In this document: positions 37,452 through 48,545 of the stretch, one piece after another | Numbering within the stretch: the stretch's first letter is position 1 | Layout of the letters: the number at the start of each line of letters is the position of its first letter | NCBI GenBank assembly: GCA_951406725.2 | Contig: OX597820.1 | Span: forward strand, 54,622,001-54,686,000 | Direction of reading: 5' to 3' | Length of the DNA: 64,000 nucleotides | DNA from: Octopus vulgaris | Taxonomy: Eukaryota | The notes under the pieces: generated by a model | What the model saw: the letters and a program-made list of their open reading frames with translations, nothing else | What the model was told of the DNA's origin: nothing | Database searches by the model: none | Program-made: the position numbers and the translations under genes

Positions 37452-39118
37452 CGTTAGATTAATTTTGAAATGATGAATGCTTTATTCAAGAGGGGCTTGG
37501 AACATAAATTTACGAGGAATTTTGATGGAAGGTTACAGTTTAGATCAGTCTAAGACAGGAAGTTTGTATCATAGAACCAGAAGCGATATCGGCTGGTTGC
37601 TTTCAAAGGGGTAAATACACTCCACTTTCTTCTATCATACAATCCCAACTATTTGATATTTCAATTTAGCTGACTAATCGTAGATCCACCAGTTTTGTAA
37701 CGGCGTTGCCCGACACAAATACGTTTCATCTACTACTCTTCAACGGCGGCTCTGCACAAGGCCGGATTTAGATTTGTTGACGCCCTGGGCAAGCTAAACT
37801 TCCTCTTTACATTTTTTACAAAAATGAAAAACTACAAATGTAAGAATGAAATGTTTATTACAAAAAAAAAATAAGCAAAAAAGTTTAGCCAACAGCCAAG
37901 AGATATTGTCGTATTTTTAAGATAAAAAGTTATTTAGGATTTTGGTGGGAACCAGCAGATTTTCTGAACTAGACGAGCCAGGTTAAGAATCTATGCCATA
38001 ATTGAGGGGCAAACTGCAAATGTATGAGTACCTGTGGAACTAAAGCTATGTTGAGAAAAATAATAAATTTTTTATTTTAAGAATTCACCTGCCAATAATT
38101 TACAATGGTTTACAGGCCCGACATAATTATTCGGGACTGAAAAGAAAATTTGTGCACAGTTATAGACGTTAATTGCCCTGCATATGTGACCATCTCTTCC
38201 GAAATTAACGAGAAGGGAGAATAACTGTGGATAGTTACTTCGAAACCTGAAACTTCTCGACCTTGCGTATAAATTTACATTTATAACAATATGAATGTGC
38301 ACTCAGTTATGTAAATACCTATGTCAGAATTTGAAGAAGCTACGATTTTCAAGCAAAGAAAGAGAACAGCTACCAAGAACTTCACAGATATAATCTGTAA
38401 GTGGAATAGCAAAAATATGTAAGACTTTCTGAAAGTTCGATATGTAACAATTATCGTTATTGTTATCCAAATTCCAATGGTGAGATTTTCGTCTCATTCT
38501 AGAAAAAATACTAACATACATACATATATACATACATACATACATACATACATACATACATACATACATACATGCATGCACAAACAAATATGCATAAATA
38601 CACATATACATACATAGGTATACAGACATACATATCGCTTTTATCTTCTGCTTGTTTCACTCATTGGACTACGGCCATACTGAGACACCACATTGAAGGT
38701 TTTTGTCGAAAAGATCAACCCTTGGCACTTATTCTATCAGTTTTTGCCGAACCGCTAAATTACAAGGTCATAAGCCAACAGATGTCAAGCAGTGGGGGAA
38801 CACACACACACAAACACATATACATCGGGATTCTTTTAGTTTCCATCCACCAACTCTATTTACAAGGCTTTGGTGGGCCCGGGTCTATAATAGAAGACAC
38901 TAGTCCAAGTTGCCACGCAGTGGGACTGAACCAAAACCTATGTGGTTGAAAATCAAGCTTCTTAACCAGACAGCCACACATACATGCATGCATACATACA
39001 TACATACATACATACATACATACATACATACATACACACACATACACACACACATACATACATACATACATACATACATACATACATACATACATACATA
39101 CATACATACATACATACA

Positions 39119-39781
39119 TTTGTGTAACTTTATCCGTTTATTTCCGTACTTGTTTTTTGTATACATTCGCTGCTTTCTTCCAAGGAATCTAATGCTCATA
39201 GCTTAGTTTTCCCTTGGGGCTGGCCAGATTGGAGCAATCTCAAGTATAATCAGCCGAAATTGCGAAGATAATCTGGTACTTGACTGAGGAAAGAAAACTT
39301 CGAATGAGCCGTCCTTGTTTTTTTTTGTATCGTTGTTGTCCCAACTGTCCAGATGTTTTGCGTTCTTGTCCCATTTTGTATTTTTCATATACATACATAC
39401 ATACATACACAAACACGTACGTAAGTACATACATACACACTCACATAGATACATACATACATGTCCTGTTATTATTTTTATTGCATTTGTGTAACCTTGT
39501 CCGTTTATTTTCGTACTTGTTTTTATATACATTCGCTGCTTTCTTCCAAGGAATCTAATGCTCATAGCTTAGTTTTCCCTTGGGACTGGCCAGATTGGAG
39601 CAATCTCAAGTATAATAAGCCGAAATTGTGAAGATAATCTGGTGCTTGACTGAGGAAAGAAAACTTCGAATGAGCCGTCCATGTTTTCTTTGTATCGTCT
39701 ATCTGGATATTTTGTTGTCCCATTTTTGTATCACCTAACTGTCCGGATATTTTGCGTTCTTGTCCCATTTTGCATTTTTTA
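39119..39781. repeat. Two tandem copies (39119-39385, 39463-39781) of a ~270-320 bp non-coding element embedded in (TACA)n arrays
   Basis: Directly visible near-identical repeats, each bounded by TACA runs. Confidence 0.9.
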
Positions 39782-39964
39782 TATACATGCATACATACAT
39801 ACATACATACATACATACATACATACATACATACATACATACATACATACATACATACATACATACATACATACATACATACATACATACATACATACAT
39901 ACATACATACATACATACATACATACATACATACATACATACATACATACATACATACATACAT

Positions 39965-40156
39965 TCGCCATGTTGATTCGCTAGCCTCTGCACGCATTTT
40001 TTTTCTCTCCTTGTTTCTTTCTGTGTTTCTTTTCTGTGTATCTTTCTGTTGAAGAGCGTAGGCTCGAAACGTAAAAGACTTGTTTTATTTATATTCCTGA
40101 ACGCCATACTAATACAATTGTTTGTTTGTATTCCACCTGCCTTCGTCTTTTGTTTA
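39965..40156 (+). mobile_element. Short non-coding Penelope/retrozyme-like element flanked by (TACA)n
   Basis: Bounded by TACA runs; contains a hammerhead fold; homologous layout to 9554-9757. Confidence 0.6.
40041..40078 (+). ncRNA. Minimal type I hammerhead-like motif (A6U core variant)
   Basis: TCTTT-CTGTTGA-A-GAGC(GTAG)GCTC-GAA-ACGT-A-AAAGA. Confidence 0.6.
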
Positions 40157-40762
40157 TTTTCATAAAGCTTCCCGTTACATACATACATACATACATACAT
40201 GCATGCATGCATGCATGCATACATACATACATACATACATACATACATACATACATACATACATACATACATACATGACTGGCTAAGCGTCAGACCGAAC
40301 ACTTGAAAGTATTTACTTACAGTTTTTTAAACATTTGGGGCGGTGGGGTTGACTTTGTTTTTCATCTATCCTAGGTCGATAAAATATGTATCAGTCGATG
40401 ACTGGTATCGATACAATAGATTATTCTCTCCCTCAAATCAATAAGAAATCGATAAAACTAACCAGCTGCTGACACATACCACTGATCACTGGAGGAAAAT
40501 CAGGCTGTAAATTTAATCTACAGTGGTTTATAGGCGTATAAATGAAAATAGATTTTTCCAGTAGTCTTTTTGCGTATCAATAGATAGTAGCAACCACATA
40601 GTTCCGGGTTCAGTTCCACTGCATGGCACCTTTGGCAAGTGTCTTCTACTGTAGCTTCGGACCCGACCAAAGACTTGTCAGTGGATTTGGTTGACGGAAG
40701 CTAAAAGAAGTCTGTCGTGTGTGTGTGTGTGTGTGTGTGTGACGGAAGCTAAAAGAAGCCTG

Positions 40763-40795
<33 letters not shown>

Positions 40796-41052
40796 TGTGT
40801 GTGCGTACATGTGTGCGTATGTGTCGCTCCAACAATGCTAGGCAACCGGTGTTGGTGCGTCTAGGTCCCACCGCAACTTGGTGGTTTGGCAAAGGAGATG
40901 GATAAAATAAGTGCCAGTCTTTTAAGAAAAAGAAAAATAAGTACTGGGATCGATTCGTTCGACTATAATTCTTCAAGGCGCTGCAGTCTATATATATATA
41001 ATTGTCATCTCGGTTCTATTTATATAGAGAGAGATTGTCATCTCGGTTCTAT

Positions 41053-41111
41053 TTTAACAAAACTGTCCGACGAACGGGAACGTGAAACTCCGAGTAACAG
41101 TTTTTGTTAAA
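41053..41111 (+). ncRNA. Type I hammerhead ribozyme motif (U4C core variant) with long stem I
   Basis: TTTAACAAAACTGT-CCGACGA-ACG(GGAA)CGT-GAA-ACTC(C)GAGT-A-ACAGTTTTTGTTAAA; GUA site at 41094-41096. Confidence 0.75.
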
Positions 41112-41132
41112 TTTCTGCTGCTTTTAAATAAA

Positions 41133-41184
<52 letters not shown>

Positions 41185-41426
41185 TTATATATGTATATAT
41201 AATGCATGTATATACATATATACTAAAATTAATAATCATATATATAAATTATATAATTATACTAAAGGGATCAGGAAATAAACTGCTCCAACATGCTATA
41301 AGGCGCCAAAAGGCGCTATAAGCCACTCGATATCATTAACATGATTTTATCCTGGTTTCTATGAAGTATATATGAAGTTTTATCACGGCTACTGAACAAT
41401 TGTCACATGTTATATTTACAGATATA

Positions 41427-41462
<36 letters not shown>

Positions 41463-41510
41463 TGTATATGTATATATACATACATACATCCATACATACA
41501 CTCACATAGG

Positions 41511-41591
<81 letters not shown>

Positions 41592-41992
41592 GTTCATGAT
41601 ATAACATGTTCTATAATGAATCCTGACGTTAGGCCAAGCGATATTCGTACAGGAAATAAAATATGTTGTATGTGTGTAGATAGAAAGAAAGAAAGAAAGA
41701 GAAAAGAAAAAAAGAAGGAAAGAAAGAAAGAAAGAAAATGAATGAGAAAATGTAGACAGAGTATGAAGAATGAATAATAGAAGAATGCCAGAATAAGAAA
41801 AACATTAGCGCGAAAAATTATGAGGATAGAAAGGATATGTGTGTGCGTGTGCGAGTGTGTGTAAGTGTCATAAATTAACACCCACTTACATGTTCCCTAA
41901 ACAAACACACACACACACGTACACACACACACATACACATACACACATGTATATCACATAAGTATGTATAAATTTTATTTTTGGGTGAGACA

Positions 41993-42035
41993 CCAATTGG
42001 CCAATCAGTTAAAAGGCTTTCATGTTATTGCATCA
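41993..42035 (+). promoter_or_regulatory. ATF4 proximal promoter elements: CCAAT cluster and C/EBP-ATF response element (CARE/AARE)
   Basis: CCAATTGGCCAAT at 41993-42005; ATTGCATCA at 42027-42035 (TGATGCAAT on -). Confidence 0.55.
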
Positions 42036-42222
42036 GCCTGCATACATAACACCGATATAAACACGCGAAAACAAATAGTGCCAAATATATTACTCTATTT
42101 TACAACTTAAAAACTTGTACTTTTGTTGTTATTTTGTAATTATAATAATTGATTAGTTAATTTTTGAGAAATTTTGGTGTCTTTTGTAGAAATTTTCAAT
42201 ATCACGAAAATTTGGATCTAGC

Positions 42223-42229
42223 TATATAA
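42223..42229 (+). promoter_or_regulatory. TATA box of the predicted ATF4 promoter
   Basis: TATATAA about 30 nt upstream of an Inr-like TTCACT (~42256) and the uORF-bearing exon. Confidence 0.55.
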
Positions 42230-42254
42230 GTAAGACGTCGCACTAATTTCACCA

Positions 42255-42356
42255 CTTCACTGCCTACATTGTCATTAACAAGTTTGCTCCAAAGATGTCT
42301 CACTAATTTCTTCTGTAGCAACTTTCTAGTTGCGAAGTTTAGCTTTGCACAATGGC
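42255..42356 (+). other. ATF4: Predicted ATF4 5' leader exon 1, carrying uORF1 and the start of uORF2
   Basis: ATG TCT CAC TAA at 42295-42306; acaATGGC at 42352-42356 followed by donor GTAAGT at 42357; the transcription start is approximate. Confidence 0.7.
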
Positions 42357-45300
42357 GTAAGTAGTTTTTTATTATTATTTTTCACACTCATATGTTGTAT
42401 TATGAACAAAAGGCGATAATAATACATTAAAATTGAATATTTTGCTTCGTTGATCTTCCTGTTCGGCGATCTTAAACATAGTATAATCTCATTACCACCC
42501 GAGCGCGCTATTGTAATTAAGACATTACGTGGCAGAATCTATAGAACAAAGGACGAAATGCCTCGCGATATTCTTTTAATGTATTTTGATTTCAAATTCT
42601 ACCGTTTGATCTAGATATTAACCCTGTGATCATATTTGCCTCTGCTATTGATTCGCTCCACCCCCACCCTATCGTTGTTCACAGCAACCAATGTCCGATT
42701 AAATTTATGAACATCCAGAGTAGATTTCTTGGACGAGAACTTAACAAATACGATGACCTATATAAATCGCCTTTTAATATATAATAAAAATGATCAAGAA
42801 TTATCGATTTGTCTACTTTGACATTTTCATTTTCACCTCGAAATCGTTTTCTAGTACAGTTAAAATGTATGGTCCTTATGATTCTGAAATCAAACAAACT
42901 CGCCCCGCCAAAAAATGCTTTGCTTATTTTATTTTCCTTCCTTAAAATGGTTGTATATTTACAGGTTCGAAAATCTATGTAAAAAAAAAAAAAAAAAACA
43001 ACTTCCTAATTTCATAAAATATCTCTTCAGCATTCCGATGTTCCTTCTTACATTCCCGTGTTTCTCCGTCTTTTTTTTATTTCTTTATTAATTCTAATTC
43101 TCGAGAAATTCTCTATAGTATTTTCATTAAATTTCTTCATATCTCTGTGTGTGTGCGCGTGTGGAAAATCGTGTGAAACGTACAGGTTAATGTCCTGTGA
43201 TACTGGCTTTCAGTAATGCAGACGAGCTGATTTGGGTTAAACTGGTAGAGTTACTTGCTTTGCACACGTGTCGTTCCTGCGAAGTTAATGACTTCATTGC
43301 GGCTATCGCTTTGTTAGCCATGCGCATGATTTTTTTTTTTTTTTTTGTGGTTGGGGGCTCAATAAATTAATCTAGTTGTCGATAAAATCTAAGAATGGTT
43401 ATCAATATTCGTTTAATGTTCAGCTAGTGCTTGTCTGGATGATTTTTGAGGAAGCTTTTTATATTCTGTTTGTGTGTATGGGATTGGCCTTTCTGGGTTA
43501 TAAATGCGTTTTAATCTCCTGTTCATAAAAATCCAAGAATAGACGTAAATAATGGCCTGAAAATATGGATTTTAATATAAAGCACCTAGGATCTGAGGGA
43601 GCCTCTTGAGGGTCATTCGACTTGCTTGAAATAACCAAATCTCGCTCAGCCGTTTAAAAAAAGGGGACATACTGAATGGTGTGGTTTTGATCTATGCTCT
43701 GTTCGATTAAGGTTTAATCTACAAAGTCTTTAGGTGATCATTTGATCTGCTAGAAATAATAGCCAACGCTATTATTTCTATCATACTTAAAAATCGGAAT
43801 GACAATTTGCTTGAACCCTTTGAAAAGATAGTTTCGAATGGACTGCTTTTAGTCTTCGCATTTACTGAGCCGAATTAACTAGGCTAATACAACTATAGTC
43901 TTTGGTTTTTATTATACATGATGTGCTTATATAATGAATGCTGAATTAAGATAATTTTAAAACAATGTGTAATTACTATAAAAGGGAAACAAAGTGGAAT
44001 GCGAAGCCCGCCTAGTGGTATGTCAGTATGAAATCGCGTACCGCCATTTTTTTTTTTTTTATTCTGATTTAATCGTAATCTACTGCATCTTAAAGTTATT
44101 GTCGGAAATTTCATCTAAAAAATAGCAATTTTTTTCTAAAAGAAAGTCGAGGGACACACTTGTATGGATATACCATACCTGTATTATATGTGGCTACGTC
44201 ACATGCGGTAGGACAGGCTCCATGACCTTTGCAAAAGAAGCTCAGTTCATTGATTATATACTCGAAGCGGAGAGGCCTGATACATAGTGCTTGCAATTAG
44301 AGTATATTCCGCCGAAGCTATTCCAAGTAGCAGTGTTAAGCCGGGCGACGGACTAAATCTGACACTTACGAGCAATTTAAGATTTCTTCTGAATGCGATC
44401 AAACCTGGAACAACACAATTGGGAAGCATACTAATTAAACGATACAGTCATGCTTGTATCTATTTTGCACTTTGTAAAGACAGTCAATTTCATTAGATAT
44501 TGTTATTCAGTTGCAGTCAACGAGCACACCTTATCTTAAAAACGGAAATATATATTGGACGTCATCTTGAATAGCATTTCTGAAAATTTAGCTTGGATGA
44601 AATACTAAGGCATATGTCTACTTAAGGAGATAAGTAATCTGGGACCAAACTAAAGTAATAAAGTACAATAAATGAAATGAAACAATCTTAATTCCGATCT
44701 TCGCATGTATAATAAATGTTATGATCGCCTCCCTCTCTCATTACACTTGAGAATATATTTAGACACGTGTAATTGTATAATATCTAGTGTGTGATTTAGG
44801 CCAACTAGCTCAAATAACGTTGGATATCATCTAATAATACCAAAAAGCTGTTTGGTTCTGAAAATAATGGGTTCTCTGACTTGAATGGAATGTTTTGTTC
44901 ATCATTCAATATGGAGATGGCGGGGGAGGTAGTACGCGTGTTTGGTTTATATTTAACTTTACTGACAAGATAGCGTGTGTGTGTGTTTCGCCAATGATAA
45001 GGTAGCCTACGCTGTGAAATAATGTTAAAAAGCTCACTTTGCGACCACGTAGTTCCGGGTTCAGTCCCTCTGCCCGCTACCTTGGGAAAGTGTCTTCTGC
45101 TACAGAGTGAATTTGGTAGACGGAAACTGTATGGAAGCTCGTGAATAGATGCATATGCTTGCTTACCCCCTGCCGCTTGAAAACCGGTGTTGGTTTGTTT
45201 ACGTCTCCTTAACTTGGCGGTTCGGCAAAAAATCGATAGAATAATTACTGGGGTCGATTTATTGGATTAAAAAAATATATCTTCAAAGTGCTCCATGTCA

Positions 45301-45576
45301 GATAATTTCGTAGCAATGATGCTGATATTTCTCTCAATAGTGTCGTTGATATATAAGCGGTGTATCATGACGTTGACTGCTGACTATCGACGTGTCTTTT
45401 TAATTATTCCTTACCGTATTGTGACGACGCTTGCAACGTGTTGATATGTCTTTTAACGAAGACACTACGTTAGCAAAAAACACTTTTGACTAAAAACAAA
45501 AATCCAACAAAGGAACCTTGACGTGGCTCCCGTTAATAAGCGTAAGACATCACCGTATTTTGTGTTTAGCTTGCAG

Positions 45577-45806
45577 GACTCTTCTCAAGAGTAGCTTCCC
45601 TTTGGCCATATTGTTAATTACATTGCATCTGCTTCCAATCGAGAAAAATTGTTCCGTTGCAAACCACTCTTTGAAGATTTGCCGATTCTTTATAGAACTT
45701 CCCTCCCCATCTGATATTGTTGTTTCCTAAATAGTGATTCGAACATGTTTCCCAATTGCAATGTTAGCTGGTTTAGTAAAATATTTCCCGTCTGGCATCA
45801 CTGGAG
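45577..45806 (+). other. Candidate alternative 5' leader exon of ATF4
   Basis: Acceptor TTGCAG at 45571-45576 and strong donor GAG|GTGAGT at 45807; contains uATGs at 45745 and 45761. Confidence 0.4.
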
Positions 45807-46048
45807 GTGAGTACATTCATTAAACTTGTGTAATTGTATTGGTTTTTATTTATTAGTGTTCTTAGGAAACTCTGTAAATCTTCATAGGTAAAATGTTTGC
45901 AGGATCGGATTGCAAGAGAAAGATTTTCTTTTTAATGTTGTCATTGCATTGTTTTATATCATGGTTTATTCAGACTGACTTTTTCTCTGTTGCAGGTCTC
46001 TCCAATATGTTTGCGTTTTGGCATTTGCCACCGAAATATCTCATATAG

Positions 46049-46220
46049 ATGATAACCGAAAGAAACATGGATATGGAACTGAACGATTCCGGACTCGACT
46101 GGTTGGGCGAGGGAAGACAGGGTATGAGTTTGATGAAAGGTGACGTAATGGACATCGGTACTTTTGTTGATTCTTTGTCAGATCCAAAATCCTTTCCTGA
46201 CGAAAGGGCGAATGACTTAG
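46049..46220 (+). CDS. ATF4: ATF4, first coding exon (exon begins at 45996)
   Basis: Acceptor TTTTCTCTGTTGCAG ends at 45995; MITERNMDMELNDSGLDWLG...; donor TTAG|GTAAGT at 46221; phase 1 joins the next exon in frame (G+AT=Asp). Confidence 0.8.
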
Positions 46221-46794
46221 GTAAGTTCTTTAGACCAACTGCTCAACTGTTGTAACAAACAATGCAAGAAATTCAGACTTTGACATAATTGTTTTGGCTT
46301 AAAAGATGTTAATTATAATTGTGAATTTTTTGTCTTCTGTTAATGTAATAAAATTTACAGCTCACTTAAAATAATTTGAGATAGGATAATTGCACATAGC
46401 TTGAATGCTATTGAATTTGGCATGATAGTTTAAAAGATAATTGCATTGATCATTCAGGGAAGAGTTTTCAGTTTAGCTAGACTTTCAGCAAAGCTTACTT
46501 GCAAACATTAGTTGGGTTAAATAGAATTTATAGAAAAGCACTAAAGCGATTAAAATACAGTTAAGTATCTGCTAACATAGTATATTCTTTACTTAGTTTC
46601 TTAAACAAGATCGAGTTGTATTCATAGAAGCTTTGCTTTATTGGTCAGTACTGATGCTATTCATTCCTCTATATGGATACTTGTCTAGCTGTCAGTCTCT
46701 TAATTAGTATTAGGTTCTTATCTTTAAATAAAATTGCTCTTTTATTCACTGTAATGTTACATGCTCTCACACTCTTTTCTTTCTTTCTTTACAG

Positions 46795-47741
46795 ATATAT
46801 TTCTTTATGATAAAGAAACTTTACCGTCTGATTTTACTGCCTCTGTCAACAATGTCAGTGGCAGAAATATGTATCCTCTGGGTGATTCTTTCCTTGACTA
46901 CTCATCTCTTCAACTGAGCCAGGATGTGGAAACATTTGCATCCTTTGATCACCAAAGCTATGAAGAACTTATGTCTTCACCATTATCATGCCATGATTTA
47001 GAAAGCGTGCTTAATCCTGATGTGACAACAAATGACCTTCAGGCCAAGCCAGTACAGCCCTGCACAGATTTGCCACATCAAGTCAGTGAAGATGGGCTGT
47101 TGGCAAGCAGCGTGGGATTAGTGAAAAGTGACAGTGACAGTTCAGATGCCTTTTCATCTTCACTTGGCCATTCAGGAATTGCAAATACTCTTTCACCTTC
47201 ATCTAGCGATTCTGGAACTGACTCCTATTATCTTGATAGTTCTCCTTCAAGCACCACTGGCTTCTCATCTCAGCCTGGCTCTCCCTTTTCACTAGAGATA
47301 CTTCCCTCTCCCTTCCCACAACCAGAGATACTCTCAGACTCTCCACAGCCAGAAAAGTTTCAGGGAAAAGTTAAGGGATCTAAGTCGTGTCGTACAAAGA
47401 ATAACAACCGCCACAGTCCATATAATTCAGACAGCAAAAGTACCGAGTCACCATCATTACCGCCATCATCACCGTTGCCGTACGATAGCACTGCAGGGGT
47501 AGAACAGCAACAGCTCAGCAAGAAAGAACGGAAGAGGCTCCAGAACAAAAACGCTGCCATTCGGTATCGGCAGAAGATGAAAGCTGAGGCCAAGGTAAGA
47601 CTTGGTGAAGAGGAAGAACTGTTAAAAGAGAACGCAAAATTGAAAGAAAAGGTTGAAGACTTGGAAAGAGAGATCAGGTATGTGGCTAACTTGATGGAAG
47701 AGGTGAAGAAAGCAAGGTCAAAATCATCTCAGCACTGTTAG
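46795..47741 (+). CDS. ATF4: ATF4 bZIP transcription factor, last coding exon
   Basis: Acceptor TTCTTTACAG; Ser/Pro-rich region, DSGTDS degron-like motif and C-terminal bZIP KKERKRLQNKNAAIRYRQK...EIRYVANLMEEVKKAR closely matching ATF4/ATF5. Confidence 0.93.
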
Positions 47742-48096
47742 AGCTTTCTGCCATCACAACCAACAGCCACTGCACCCTGCGCTGTGCTAGAAACTACTAT
47801 GATCACATTAGTTTGGTGTATTTGTTGTTTTTATTATTATTATTATTTATGTGAAACTTTGCTTTGTTAAAATAAATTAGTAGTCATTGTGAACATTACA
47901 TATATGCTAGTGGACCATTTTATTTTGTTTTCATCTCCTTTTGGTAACGGTTCAACTAATTCACACCAATACTAATGTGCATTGTAAGAACTGAACATTA
48001 TACCCATTACTTAGTGAATTAAATTTTTTTTTCTCTCTCTCATCACTACTTAATATTCTATATTATTCATTTGTGTACTATGATATCATAAATAGG

Positions 48097-48102
48097 AATA
48101 AA
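48097..48102 (+). terminator. Probable ATF4 polyadenylation signal (alternative AATAAA at 47871-47876)
   Basis: AATAAA followed by a GT/T-rich tract at 48122-48142. Confidence 0.5.
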
Positions 48103-48226
48103 AGGCATTTATGTTAACAGATTGGCTGTCGTGGTTTTTTTGATAGCTGTTGAAAATCTTCATGTATTTGATGTTGGAAATAGAGCTTCAAAGGACAAAT
48201 TGTTATCTACGTTCTATGTGTTGTGT

Positions 48227-48545
48227 AGGCATAGGAGGGGATGTGTGGTAAGTAGCTTGCTGACGAACCACATGTTTCCGGGTTCAGTTCCACTGCGTGG
48301 CATCTTTGGCAAGTGTCTTCTACTATAGCCTTAGGCTGACCAAAGCCTTGTGAGTGAATTTGGTAGACAAACTGAAAGAAGCCTGTCATATATGTGTGTC
48401 TGTGTATGTCCACCCAACATCGCTTGACAACCGATGGTGGTGTGTTTACGTCCCCGTAACTTGGCAGTTCAGCAAAAGAGACCGATAGAATAAGTACTAG
48501 GCTTACAAAGAATGTCTCAGGGCCGATTTGCTCGACCAAAGGCTG
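48227..48545 (+). mobile_element. SINE family A copy
   Basis: Matches 20820-21270. Confidence 0.8.

Noticed and set aside
39276-39315. Canonical CTGAGGA hammerhead core read as a standard type I/II/III ribozyme
   Set aside because: The following GAA lacks A15.1 and stems I and III do not close in any circular permutation; kept only as an unresolved structured-RNA candidate
40693-40800. Direct repeat GACGGAAGCTAAAAGAAG..TG(TG)n x2
   Set aside because: Local slippage duplication within a SINE next to a microsatellite
46197-46220. CTGACGA...GAA hammerhead-like word in the ATF4 exon
   Set aside because: No stems form and the sequence is explained by coding constraints
46761-46794. ATG at 46761 as the ATF4 start (326-aa ORF in the track)
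   Set aside because: It lies in the intron's polypyrimidine tract; the exon begins at 46795 after TTTACAG and joins the upstream exon in frame
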